Made by a program: the position numbers and the translations under genes
The notes under the pieces: model-generated
Seen by the model: only the letters and a program-made list of their open reading frames with translations
Database searches by the model: none
What the model was told of the DNA's origin: nothing
Shown here: one piece after another, positions 1 through 9,667 of the stretch
How the letters are laid out: the number at the start of each line of letters is the position of its first letter
Position numbering within the stretch: position 1 is the first letter of the stretch
From: an uncultured Bacilli bacterium
GTDB lineage: Bacteria > Bacillota_I > Bacilli_A > RF39 > UBA660
Reading direction: 5' to 3'
Length of the DNA stretch: 64,000 bases
NCBI GenBank assembly: GCA_944363885.1
Contig: CALVVO010000002.1
Coordinates: 9,632-73,631 of the forward strand

Positions 1-364
1 TTTTAAAATCTTCATTACTCTCACCCTTACCAATTATGCCAAAAGGTTTATTTTCTTTATCGATATAGTATACTTCACCTTGCCCACATTTTATTTTGTA
101 TAATAACAAAAACTGACTGTCAAAGTTATTTAAGTTAAAAACATTAATATTTATAATTTCAAAATTACCTGCACTTACTACAATTTCTCTATTATTAACC
201 AAATTCACATCATTATCTTCAATATAATATGAAAACAATATTTCACCATTAAATATATTATCTAATTTATACCTTTCAGTATAAATAAAAAAAATTGCAT
301 ACGAAAAACTTAATATAGTTGACATGAATATTAATAAAGTAATAATATATTTATTTAATCTCAT
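1..364 (-). CDS. hypothetical secreted/membrane protein; N-terminus in window, 3' end beyond window start
   Basis: ATG at 364 lies 7 nt after an AGGTGG RBS. The translation MRLNKYIITLLIFMSTILSF... has a hydrophobic N-terminal segment. The frame stays open to the window edge, so it is absent from the ORF track. Confidence 0.35.
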   Translation of the reverse strand, partial: MRLNKYIITLLIFMSTILSFSYAIFFIYTERYKLDNIFNGEILFSYYIEDNDVNLVNNREIVVSAGNFEIININVFNLNNFDSQFLLLYKIKCGQGEVYYIDKENKPFGIIGKGESNEDFK

Positions 365-570
365 CACAAACCACCTATATTCTAATTAAAATTATACTTA
401 GAGACACTACAATTGTCAAACGATAATAAGATTTAAAAACAAAATCATGCTAAAAAAATGCTTAAAAACTAAGCATAAATATTAACCCCATCATAATAAT
501 ATATTAAATTAATTTCTAATTAATTGTGCAAAAATAAATCATTAGTTAAATTAAGTTACTTTATAAAAAA

Positions 571-1170
571 CTAACTATTAGATTCATTTTTAACATATTT
601 TTCTATAATATTTTGTATAGATTCTCTTCCAACTTTAGTCACACTACTAAAATTAATTATCTCATCGCCTAAAGCTATATCTAAAGTATCATTAATCATC
701 CTATTTTGTTTTTCTTTCAAACTTTTTTTCACTTTATCATATTTTGTACAAACTATTGTAACAGGCAAATTATAATATTTTAAAAAGTCATACATCATTA
801 AATCACTATCAGTTGGTTTATGTCGATAATCGATTAATAAAAACACATGTTTCAAGTTTTTCCTTTTTTTTACGTATTCTTCAACCATTAGTCCAAATTT
901 TTCTTGTTTTTTATTACTTACCTGAGCATAACCATATCCTGGAACATCGACTAAATAACAAATATTATCTATTAAATAAAAATTCAAAGTTTGAGTTTTT
1001 CCCGGTTTACTACTAGTTCTAGCATAATTTTTCCTATTTACAAGAGTATTTATAAAACTGCTTTTCCCGACATTACTTCTACCTAAAATTAAAAATTCGG
1101 GTTTATCATCCGTTGGGTATTGACTTATTCTAATAGCAATCTGTGCCAAATCTATATCTTGAAAATTCAC
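571..1170 (-). CDS. engB: ribosome-biogenesis GTP-binding protein YihA/EngB (YsxC)
   Basis: 199 aa with a GRSNVGKSS P-loop, DVPGYG and TKYDK G-motifs. Size and motif order match EngB. Confidence 0.85.
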   Translation of the reverse strand: MNFQDIDLAQIAIRISQYPTDDKPEFLILGRSNVGKSSFINTLVNRKNYARTSSKPGKTQTLNFYLIDNICYLVDVPGYGYAQVSNKKQEKFGLMVEEYVKKRKNLKHVFLLIDYRHKPTDSDLMMYDFLKYYNLPVTIVCTKYDKVKKSLKEKQNRMINDTLDIALGDEIINFSSVTKVGRESIQNIIEKYVKNESNS

Positions 1171-1277
1171 ATTATCACCCTCTTATTAATAAATTATACT
1201 AAAAAATCAGTAAATTAACAATTGAAAATTATTGACATAATAAAATATATATATTAAAATATGAGCTTAAAAAGGAG

Positions 1278-1916
1278 ATGAAAAAAATGAAAGAGCGTTT
1301 TATCTTAGACAAAATCAGAAAACTTTATGAATATTATCCTCCTACCATACACGCAACAAAAAGTCAAAGACATATAATTGCGCAAGAATTAGATTCACTA
1401 TCTAACGAATATAATATCACTGAAAATTATATTGATTCAATCGCTAGCTATTACATTAGAAATCCGCATACCATAGGAAGCGTTACAACTACTATAAATT
1501 ATTTTTGGCACATCTTAAAATCATACGGAATAGACAAAGAAGATTTTTTTGAATGGATAAGGAATAATTTCCCAGTAATTTTTTCCAAACAAAGCGCAAT
1601 AGAAAGAAAAATTGTTGTTCTTAATTCACAAGGTATTCTTGAAAACGCATTATTTGAAAATACTCGAGTTTTGCAAGATTTATCAGAGCTATCATATCAA
1701 GATTTATATTCTGTCAGCCGATTTTTAAAAAGCAAAGGAGAAAGTTTAGATTTAAAAACATTACAAAGCACAACATATACTTCTTTAACACTGGCAGATT
1801 TAAGAAAGCAATATCCATTAGATAAGAACAGATATTTATTATACAAAGCTGCATTAGAAGTAAAACTATCACGGATGGAAAAAGAATCTGGAGTTCAATT
1901 TACAAAACATATTTAA
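1278..1916 (+). CDS. hypothetical protein
   Basis: 212-aa ORF on the opposite strand to its neighbours, followed by a stem-loop terminator. No recognisable motif. Confidence 0.45.
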   Translation: MKKMKERFILDKIRKLYEYYPPTIHATKSQRHIIAQELDSLSNEYNITENYIDSIASYYIRNPHTIGSVTTTINYFWHILKSYGIDKEDFFEWIRNNFPVIFSKQSAIERKIVVLNSQGILENALFENTRVLQDLSELSYQDLYSVSRFLKSKGESLDLKTLQSTTYTSLTLADLRKQYPLDKNRYLLYKAALEVKLSRMEKESGVQFTKHI

Positions 1917-1958
1917 TTTAAAAACTTATTTATTATTTATAAAAAATATTTAAACGCA

Positions 1959-1983
1959 GAAGCATAAAAAAATGCTTTTTTTA
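1959..1983. terminator. bidirectional rho-independent terminator
   Basis: Stem gaagcat / atgcttt with an A7 loop, flanked by T-runs on both strands. It sits between convergent genes. Confidence 0.5.
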
Positions 1984-2036
1984 TTTGTCAAAAAAGCAAA
2001 AATAATATTAATCTAAACGAAATTATAAATAAAAAT

Positions 2037-2996
2037 CTATTTATTTATAAACAATTTACAAGCTTCATCAAGTTCTTCAATAAGTTTATCTAAAACAGCC
2101 CTATCCGTAGTTCTAACTCCACTAGCATATTTGTGTCCGCCACCATTATATTTAGAAGCTATTTCATTAATAATTGGTCCTCGACTTCTAATATTAACTT
2201 TATACAAATCTTTTTTCTCATCTTTTGTAATAAAAAGCCAAACCAAAATTTCATTTATATTATTTAAATCGTTAATCATGTTAGATGCACTTGCAGCATC
2301 AGCATTAAAACTTTTTATAATATCATTTTCAAGTTCAATATAAGCAAAACCATTTTTAGTTACTTTTATATTAGACTGAATATAACCTAATAACCTAACT
2401 TCGCTAATAGGTTTCATATACATTTTCTTATAAAGTTCTTGAATATCAAGTTTATACTTTCTTATAATTAAACTAACTAAATCAAAAGTAAACGGATTAG
2501 TATATTCAAACAAAAATCTATTAGAATCACTAACAATTCCCATAAACAAATCTTCTGCCACAAATTTATTACATCTAAGCCTAGTATTAATAATCATTTC
2601 AAGAACAATTTGACACGTACTAGTATTTTTATCATCAATATATTCAAATTTCCCATATTTTTCAACAAATGGATGGTGATCAATTTTAATTACATTTTTA
2701 AATTTTTTTACATCAAGTCCATCAATTCTAGCAACGTCAGGCACATCAAGAGTTATAACCAAATCATTATCAAAATCAAAAGAGTTAGCCTTATCAAGTA
2801 AGCCCAAATACTTAAATCTGGCTGCATTCGTGCCTATTGCATAAACATTTTTACTCGGGAAAGTCAATTTGATAGACTCTCTCAAAGCAATTTGACTTGC
2901 AACAGCATCAGGATCAGGTCCAATATGTCTAACTAAATAAATTGTTTTACTCCTTTTAATTTCATTATATATTTTTTTAAATAACTCTTTTTTCAT
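2037..2996 (-). CDS. DHH-family phosphoesterase (NrnA-like oligoribonuclease / pAp phosphatase)
   Basis: 319 aa with HIGPDPDAVAS near the N-terminus, a DHH motif (IKIDHHPF) and a GGGH motif near the C-terminus. Confidence 0.75.
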   Translation of the reverse strand: MKKELFKKIYNEIKRSKTIYLVRHIGPDPDAVASQIALRESIKLTFPSKNVYAIGTNAARFKYLGLLDKANSFDFDNDLVITLDVPDVARIDGLDVKKFKNVIKIDHHPFVEKYGKFEYIDDKNTSTCQIVLEMIINTRLRCNKFVAEDLFMGIVSDSNRFLFEYTNPFTFDLVSLIIRKYKLDIQELYKKMYMKPISEVRLLGYIQSNIKVTKNGFAYIELENDIIKSFNADAASASNMINDLNNINEILVWLFITKDEKKDLYKVNIRSRGPIINEIASKYNGGGHKYASGVRTTDRAVLDKLIEELDEACKLFINK

Positions 2997-2997
2997 C

Positions 2998-4179
2998 TTA
3001 CTCCTTGACTAAATCAAAAGTATCTCTTGCTATCATGACCTCTTCATCAGTTGGAACAACAAACACTTTTATTTTTGAATTACTTGTACTTATTTCACCA
3101 AATTTACCGAACATTTCTTCATTTAAATCTTTATCTATCTCTACTCCGATAGCCTTTAATTTATCACAAACAAGACCTCTTACTATTGGACTATTTTCAC
3201 CTACTCCAGCAGTAAATACTATATACTCCGCACCATCTAGTAAAGTATTATACATAGAAATATAATTAACAATTTTTTTAGAATACATATCAAGCCCTAA
3301 CGCACATCTTTGATTTCCCTTTAAGTATTCATCCTCAACATCACGTAAATCACTACTGACACCAGTAATAGCAAGTAATCCACTTTCTTTATTAAATTTA
3401 TCTACCAATAAAGACGCACTTATTCCCAACTTATCACACAAATAAGGAACAACAGAAACATCTATATCTCCACATCTAGTACCCATCATAAGCCCAGCTA
3501 AAGGTGTAAATCCCATAGAAGTATCTTTGCATTTTCCATCTTCTATTGCGCACACGCTAGCTCCATTACCAATATGACAACTAATAATTTTAGCATCTTT
3601 TTTCAAATAACCATTCATAAACTCACTAATAAATCTATGGCTAGTACCATGAAATCCATACTTTCTTACACCGTATTTTTCTGCCCATTCTACAGGTAAA
3701 GGATATAAATACTCGCTCTCTTTCATAGTTTGATGAAAAGCAGTATCAAAAACAACGACCTGTTTAACATCTTTTAAAACCTCTTTAAAACTTTCTATAC
3801 CGATTAGATGAGCCTTATTATGCAAAGGTGCCAAAGGAATAAGTTCTTCAATATCTTTGCATACTTTATCAGTAACAAGCACACTTCTGTCAAATCTATC
3901 AGCACCCTGTACAATTCTATGGCCTATACCTTCAATTTCATCATAATTCTTAATAATCCTCATATTAATTAGCTCACTCATAAGAACATTTACTGCATCT
4001 TTATGAGTATTTAGCACACATTCCTTTTTAATTTTTTCTCCATTATATTTAATAGTGTAAATAGAACTATCAAGACCAATTTTCTCAAAAGCACCACTTA
4101 CAATAACTTTTTCTTCTGGCATTTCAAACAATGTAAACTTTAAAGATGAACTACCAGCATTAACGCTTAATATTTTCAT
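2998..4179 (-). CDS. ackA: acetate kinase
   Basis: 393 aa. MKILSVNAGSSSLKFTLFEM is a typical AckA N-terminus. HIGNGAS and GFHGTSH motifs are present. Confidence 0.9.
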   Translation of the reverse strand: MKILSVNAGSSSLKFTLFEMPEEKVIVSGAFEKIGLDSSIYTIKYNGEKIKKECVLNTHKDAVNVLMSELINMRIIKNYDEIEGIGHRIVQGADRFDRSVLVTDKVCKDIEELIPLAPLHNKAHLIGIESFKEVLKDVKQVVVFDTAFHQTMKESEYLYPLPVEWAEKYGVRKYGFHGTSHRFISEFMNGYLKKDAKIISCHIGNGASVCAIEDGKCKDTSMGFTPLAGLMMGTRCGDIDVSVVPYLCDKLGISASLLVDKFNKESGLLAITGVSSDLRDVEDEYLKGNQRCALGLDMYSKKIVNYISMYNTLLDGAEYIVFTAGVGENSPIVRGLVCDKLKAIGVEIDKDLNEEMFGKFGEISTSNSKIKVFVVPTDEEVMIARDTFDLVKE

Positions 4180-4521
4180 GTAATCATTCCCTTCAAATTG
4201 AATTATAACAAAAAAAGAAAAATAAGTAAATCAGTTATATCCGCGTAGTTTTAAGGTTTACTATTTATTTAGAAAAAAACTAATATTTATAAACTTAATA
4301 AATTATATATATTACAAATTAAAGATGACAAAAATACTGTTTTCTAATTTTAATATTTTCCCCAATAAAAAAAGAGCAAATTCATCTATATCTATCAGTT
4401 TTAAAAAATTTACTCTCTTTTTCATTTTCATACTTTTGTTCAGACAAATAACTTCTCACCTTACTAAGTGTAGCATTATTTTTATTCATATTAACACCTA
4501 GTAATATTTTATGTAGTTACC

Positions 4522-5697
4522 TTATAAATATTCATTATGTCTTTCTTTAGTTGGAACTTCAATATTTATAATATCTTCAAAAATTTGATCTAATAAAGCA
4601 AAATCAAATTTTTCCTCTTCAGAATGGATTACATCAAGTTTTGGATTGATTACAGGATGTTTAGGAACAAAGACAGTGCAACAATCTTCATATGGCAAAA
4701 TACTTATATTATAAGTCCCAATTTTTTTAGCAACATCAATTATTTCTAATTTATCATAGGTTGCAAGTGGTCTAATAATAGGATAGTTTGTAACATCATT
4801 AACCGCCTTAATACTTGTCAATGTTTGACTAGCAACTTGGCCAATATTTTCTCCATTGATTATTGCATTTGCCCCTATCTTTTCAGCTATCTTTTCAGCT
4901 ATCCTATACATCATACGTCTCATAAATGTAATCAAATATTCACCTTTCATATTTTTATAAATATATTCCTGTATTTTAGTAAAATTAACTACATAAATAT
5001 GCCCAATATTACCATAATTACATAGCGTATTTGCAAGAGATATAACCTTGTTTCTAGCTTCTAAACTAGTATGAGGTATACTTTCAAAATAAACAAAATC
5101 CAAACTAACTCCTCTTTTAATTGACAAATAGCCAGCAACCACACTATCAATACCACCACTTAACATAAGGAGAGCTTTACCCATAGTTCCAACTGGATAC
5201 CCATTCATGCCCGCATATCTCTCATAATAAAGGTAAACAGCTTCCTTTCTTATCTCAACATTTAACAAAATATCAGGATTATGAACATCAACAGTAATAT
5301 TATTTATATTTTTTAAAATTGAAGCACCAACAGTTCTACTAACATCATTACTCTTAATTTTGTAAGACTTATCACTCCTATTTGTTTCAACTTTAAATGT
5401 ATTAAAACTAACATTTTTAAGAACATCAACAGCTGAAGTACAAATACTATCAATATTACTATCGTTTAATTTATAAGCGATGACAATTTCATGAATACCA
5501 AAAACATTTTTTAATCTATTTAAGGCCTCATAAACATCATCAGTATGAATAAACATTCTATAATAATCTTTTTCAATTTTATAATTTAACCCTAACAACT
5601 TATTTTCAATTGATTTAACTAAAAAACAAATAAAATAATTTCTATTATCTCCTTTAGTAGTAAGCTCTCCGTACTTTATTAATAAAAGTTTTTCCAT
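4522..5697 (-). CDS. thiI: tRNA 4-thiouridine synthase ThiI
   Basis: 391 aa with an N-terminal THUMP-like region and an SGGIDS PP-loop motif. Confidence 0.85.
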   Translation of the reverse strand: MEKLLLIKYGELTTKGDNRNYFICFLVKSIENKLLGLNYKIEKDYYRMFIHTDDVYEALNRLKNVFGIHEIVIAYKLNDSNIDSICTSAVDVLKNVSFNTFKVETNRSDKSYKIKSNDVSRTVGASILKNINNITVDVHNPDILLNVEIRKEAVYLYYERYAGMNGYPVGTMGKALLMLSGGIDSVVAGYLSIKRGVSLDFVYFESIPHTSLEARNKVISLANTLCNYGNIGHIYVVNFTKIQEYIYKNMKGEYLITFMRRMMYRIAEKIAEKIGANAIINGENIGQVASQTLTSIKAVNDVTNYPIIRPLATYDKLEIIDVAKKIGTYNISILPYEDCCTVFVPKHPVINPKLDVIHSEEEKFDFALLDQIFEDIINIEVPTKERHNEYL

Positions 5698-5706
5698 AAA
5701 ATCTCC

Positions 5707-6831
5707 CTATTTTTTAAACAAAAGCTCATCATAAACTTTATAAAAAATTCTAATAAACTCATTAATTTCTAGTTTAGTCGTAAAATGACTCAAACTAATC
5801 CTAATACTAGTAGTATTTATTGTTTTATCATCGGTAACCGATTTTAATACAGTACTACTTTCCAAACTAGAGCACGCACTATTAGTAGAAATATAAATTT
5901 CATATTTTTCAAGTGCCCTAACAAAAGTTTCACTTCTAATACTTTTTAAACTCAAATTAACTATATGTGGAACACACAAATTATTAGAATTAATATGAAT
6001 TTTATCATCATTAAGCCCATTAATTAATAACTCGTTTAATTGTGCAACCTTTTTAATATTACTATCTAAGTTTTCATTCATAATTCTCATAGCTTTAGCC
6101 AAACTAACAATTAACGGTAGTGGCGGTGTCCCACCTCTAAATTTAGCATTTTCAGTTAAACCCCAAATTAAAGGCTCAATTATAACCTTTTTAGACTTAT
6201 ACAAAATTCCTATTCCCTTAGGCGCATAAACTTTATGCCCAGAAAAACTTGCGAGATCAACATCATACAAATTAACTTTAGTTTTTCCTAAAGCCTGTGT
6301 CATATCAGAATGAAAAATTACATTACTATTTTTTTTATTTATAATTTGTCTAATAGTTTTTAAAGGACTCTTATATCCGACTTCACTATTAACTGCACAA
6401 ATCGAAACCAAAATAGTATCATCTCTAATTAAAGATTCCAAATGCTTTAAATCAATTTGACCGTTAGGCATAAGTTTAGCATAACTTACTTCAAAACCAC
6501 ACATTTCTAAATATTTTAGTGTTTCTAAAACACTTTTATGCTCAAGTGGACTACTTACAATATGTTTCCCTTTTTTACAATGTTTAAAAGCCACACCTTT
6601 TAAAGCAGTACTATTACTTTCACTAGCCCCACTAGTATAAACTATTTCATTAATATCACAATTCAATATTTCACTAATCTGTTTAGTAGCTTTCAACAAC
6701 AATTCCTTACTTCTTACACCCAAACTATGAATACTATTAGCATTACCTATAAAATCTTTAGTAACGTGCACATAACTATCAAGTACTTCATCAATAACTG
6801 GCGTAGTAGCTGAATAATCTAAATAAATCAT
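5707..6831 (-). CDS. cysteine desulfurase (class V aminotransferase, NifS/IscS-like)
   Basis: 374 aa. MIYLDYSATTPV start, SFSGHKVYAPKGIG PLP-lysine region. The adjacency to thiI is the classic arrangement. Confidence 0.8.
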   Translation of the reverse strand: MIYLDYSATTPVIDEVLDSYVHVTKDFIGNANSIHSLGVRSKELLLKATKQISEILNCDINEIVYTSGASESNSTALKGVAFKHCKKGKHIVSSPLEHKSVLETLKYLEMCGFEVSYAKLMPNGQIDLKHLESLIRDDTILVSICAVNSEVGYKSPLKTIRQIINKKNSNVIFHSDMTQALGKTKVNLYDVDLASFSGHKVYAPKGIGILYKSKKVIIEPLIWGLTENAKFRGGTPPLPLIVSLAKAMRIMNENLDSNIKKVAQLNELLINGLNDDKIHINSNNLCVPHIVNLSLKSIRSETFVRALEKYEIYISTNSACSSLESSTVLKSVTDDKTINTTSIRISLSHFTTKLEINEFIRIFYKVYDELLFKK

Positions 6832-6833
6832 AA

Positions 6834-8480
6834 TTAAACCTCCTGAATAACTGTCAAAATAACAGGTTTACTTTCAGTCTTTTTATAAAGCATAGAGCCG
6901 ACGTTTTCTCTTATTTCATTTCTTATTTTAGTGTAGTCAGCATACTTTTCATTAGTATTATTTTTAATTATCTCTTCGCTTTTATCTTTTATTTCTGCTA
7001 TTAAATCCATATTATCTTTAACATATATGAAACCTCTAGTAAGAACTTCCGGCCCAACAAGAATTTTCTTAGTTTTTTTATCCATAGTAGCGCTTATAAG
7101 AACAACACCATTATTTCCTAACATTTCTCTATCTTTAAGTACCAATTCACCCACATCATTAATACTCTTACCATCAATTAATATATCATTTACATCAATA
7201 TGCTCAAAATCATCAATTAAATTCCCGTCTACTAAATGAATAACATCGCCATTTTCTTTGAGCAAAATATTTTCTTTTTTCATACCAACATTAAAAGCTA
7301 AATTACCATTTTCGACTTGATAACGATACTCACCCTTAATAGGTATATAGTATTTAGGATTAAAAAGTTTGATAATAAGCATAATATCTTCGCTTGAAGC
7401 ATGCAAACGCACACTATTCTCTCTAGGAACAGACTCTATATTTGCTCCAATAATAGCAATATCATTTTTAAGTTTTACCTCGGTGAGTTCATAAGCGTCA
7501 TAACTTGGTTCAGCGAAAACAACAGTGTCAGTTTCTTTCAAATTAACGTATTTATCATATCCACTAACCATCCTATTAAGATTATAAAAAGGCATTTCCC
7601 TATCATTACTTACCAAAACTATAGAATTTTCATCTTTCAAATTAGTTAAATCACCAATTAAATCAGAAGAAACATTTAAATACCCCTCCTTAATTGCCAT
7701 ATTAATAATAAGTTGTAGTTTTTTACCCATAACTACCACTTTACGTTTCTTACCTTTTAATGCATCAAATATTTCTTCTATAGTATGCAAATGCAAGCTT
7801 AAAAGAGAAAAAATAATTCTCCCTTGATTTTTATCAATAACACTTCTAAAAAACTTATCAAGTTTATGTCTAGGGCTAGTAAAACCTTTTTTTTCAGCAA
7901 AAACACTTTCACACATAAGGGCAAGAACACCTTGTTTACCAATATAAGCAAGTTTTCCTAAATCCATGTCATAATAACCATTCATAGTAGGATCTATTAC
8001 AAAATCAGCCATATAGATAATTGCCCCATCCTTTGTATTAATAGCATAACCAACACTTTCAGGTGCTGAGTGAGTTACACTAAAAGGAAACACACTAAAA
8101 TTACCAAAAGAAATCTTTTTGTATGGTTTAATGATACTTAAATTTTTAATAAAAACATTTTCTTCTTTACATTCTATATCAATAATTTTACTAGTATAAT
8201 TTGTAGCGTACACCTTTATATCTGGAATTGTTTTAATAAGTTCAGTTAAAGCACCCATATTTTCATAATGAGCATGACTTATAAAAACACCAACTATTTT
8301 TTCTTTATTTTGAACTAAATATGTAAAATCCGGAATTATGTAATCAACACCATACATATTATCACTAGCATATTTAATACCAACATCAAATATGAGAATA
8401 CTACCATCAATACTAACAGTATAGATATTCTTTCCATTTTCGTTTAGGCCACCTAAACTCATTATTTTTATATTACTCAT
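6834..8480 (-). CDS. rnj: ribonuclease J family protein (metallo-beta-lactamase/beta-CASP); motif II degenerate
   Basis: 548 aa, colinear with RNase J1 (SLGGLNE...GKNIYTV...DVGI...). The HGHEDH motif is replaced by HAHYEN. Confidence 0.8.
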   Translation of the reverse strand: MSNIKIMSLGGLNENGKNIYTVSIDGSILIFDVGIKYASDNMYGVDYIIPDFTYLVQNKEKIVGVFISHAHYENMGALTELIKTIPDIKVYATNYTSKIIDIECKEENVFIKNLSIIKPYKKISFGNFSVFPFSVTHSAPESVGYAINTKDGAIIYMADFVIDPTMNGYYDMDLGKLAYIGKQGVLALMCESVFAEKKGFTSPRHKLDKFFRSVIDKNQGRIIFSLLSLHLHTIEEIFDALKGKKRKVVVMGKKLQLIINMAIKEGYLNVSSDLIGDLTNLKDENSIVLVSNDREMPFYNLNRMVSGYDKYVNLKETDTVVFAEPSYDAYELTEVKLKNDIAIIGANIESVPRENSVRLHASSEDIMLIIKLFNPKYYIPIKGEYRYQVENGNLAFNVGMKKENILLKENGDVIHLVDGNLIDDFEHIDVNDILIDGKSINDVGELVLKDREMLGNNGVVLISATMDKKTKKILVGPEVLTRGFIYVKDNMDLIAEIKDKSEEIIKNNTNEKYADYTKIRNEIRENVGSMLYKKTESKPVILTVIQEV

Positions 8481-8785
8481 AATTCATCTCCTTAAAAAGT
8501 TAACGTGCTAGACAATTATATCATAAAACTAGTAAAAAGGAAAATATTTTAATTTTTCTTGCTATTTAAAGACTTAAATACAATAAAAAATGTAAAACCA
8601 CTAAAATAATTAAAGTATTTAATTAAATAAAAAAGCATTAGAAAAAATTATTTAAAAAATGTTTAAGTAATATTAAAGATAATAATTGAGAGTTTTCTAA
8701 ACCAGAAGAAATAGAATTCATTATAACAAGCAAAAAATTAATAAATATATTTAATTCGGAACTCTACTAGATGAAATTAAACTAA

Positions 8786-8962
8786 CACGAATTTATAAGA
8801 TATATGGTTTCCAAAAGAATAACACTTGATATTCTAACAAAAAACATTACCGATATGACAAATAATATCAATAACATTCAACGTAAAAGTTTAAATTATC
8901 AAAAACCACATGAGCTTTTATTAAAACAATATGGTGTAAATATTTCCAAAAAATTTTACTAA
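8786..8962 (+). pseudogene. IS30-family transposase C-terminal remnant
   Basis: A 58-codon open frame with no start encodes ...NNIQRKSLNYQKPHELL..., matching the IS30 C-terminal signature N-x-RPRK-x-L-x-(Y/F)-x-TP-x-E. It lies in an otherwise empty 560-bp intergenic region. Confidence 0.4.
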
Positions 8963-9040
8963 AAAATCATAAAAGCATTGCATTTTAATATTTAACTAAC
9001 TACTTTTTAAAAAATAAAAGCAAGTTCAATTTGAACTGCT

Positions 9041-9283
9041 TTAAAAAGAATCTATATTAATTTTAACATTTTTTATACCACTTAAATATGCTTTAGTTTG
9101 AATCAATGTTTTAATAGAATTAGCTACTTTTCCGCCCTTACCAATTACAGATGGCATATCACTTTCATTAACCAAAACTTCAATAATTAATCCTTCTTCA
9201 GTATCAAAATCTTTAACTTTTATCATATCAGGATCGCTTACTAAATTTTTAACTAAATATTCAGTATATTCTATCAAAGACAT
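9041..9283 (-). CDS. KH-domain RNA-binding protein (YlqC-like)
   Basis: 80 aa with the VIGKGGK KH motif, immediately downstream of rpsP as in Firmicutes. Confidence 0.75.
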   Translation of the reverse strand: MSLIEYTEYLVKNLVSDPDMIKVKDFDTEEGLIIEVLVNESDMPSVIGKGGKVANSIKTLIQTKAYLSGIKNVKINIDSF

Positions 9284-9550
9284 TTATTTTTTCTTATTAT
9301 TATGAAACTTTTCCATAATTCCAACTTGACTAAAAATACTTCTAACAGTATCAGTTGGCATAGCTCCCATATTTAACCATTTAATAGCTACTTCTTCATT
9401 AATATTATACTTATTAGATTCTTCTAATGGATGATATGTTCCAATTAGTTCAATAAAACTACCATCTCTCTTATCTCTAGAATCAGCTGCTACAATACGA
9501 TAACTTGGTTTTTTCCTTGATCCAGTTCTTTTTAATCTTAATTTTACCAT
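9284..9550 (-). CDS. rpsP: 30S ribosomal protein S16
   Basis: 88 aa. [30 protein letters not shown] is a near-canonical S16 N-terminus. Confidence 0.9.
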   Translation of the reverse strand: MVKLRLKRTGSRKKPSYRIVAADSRDKRDGSFIELIGTYHPLEESNKYNINEEVAIKWLNMGAMPTDTVRSIFSQVGIMEKFHNNKKK

Positions 9551-9667
9551 AATAATCTCCTTTCACACTAAAAGTATATTACAACATTTCAACATAGATG
9601 TCAACGTTTTTTGGTTGACATTACAATAAAAAAGAAATCAATATATATTACTATTGATTTCCTATAA

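Noticed and set aside
813-1016. Short plus-strand ORFs (813-1016, 2131-2343, 2610-2801, 3005-3265, 4825-5025, 7027-7239, 7401-7649 and many similar) lying antisense inside long well-supported genes
   Set aside because: They are low-complexity, I/F/L/N-rich translations of the antisense strand of AT-rich genes, with no RBS. The opposite-strand genes have clear homology. They are artefacts of AT-rich composition.
9598-9620. Hairpin tgtcaac-gttttttg-gttgaca between metG and rpsP, considered as a terminator
   Set aside because: Neither strand has a U-run after the stem. It may be an attenuator or a processing site, but an intrinsic terminator cannot be supported.
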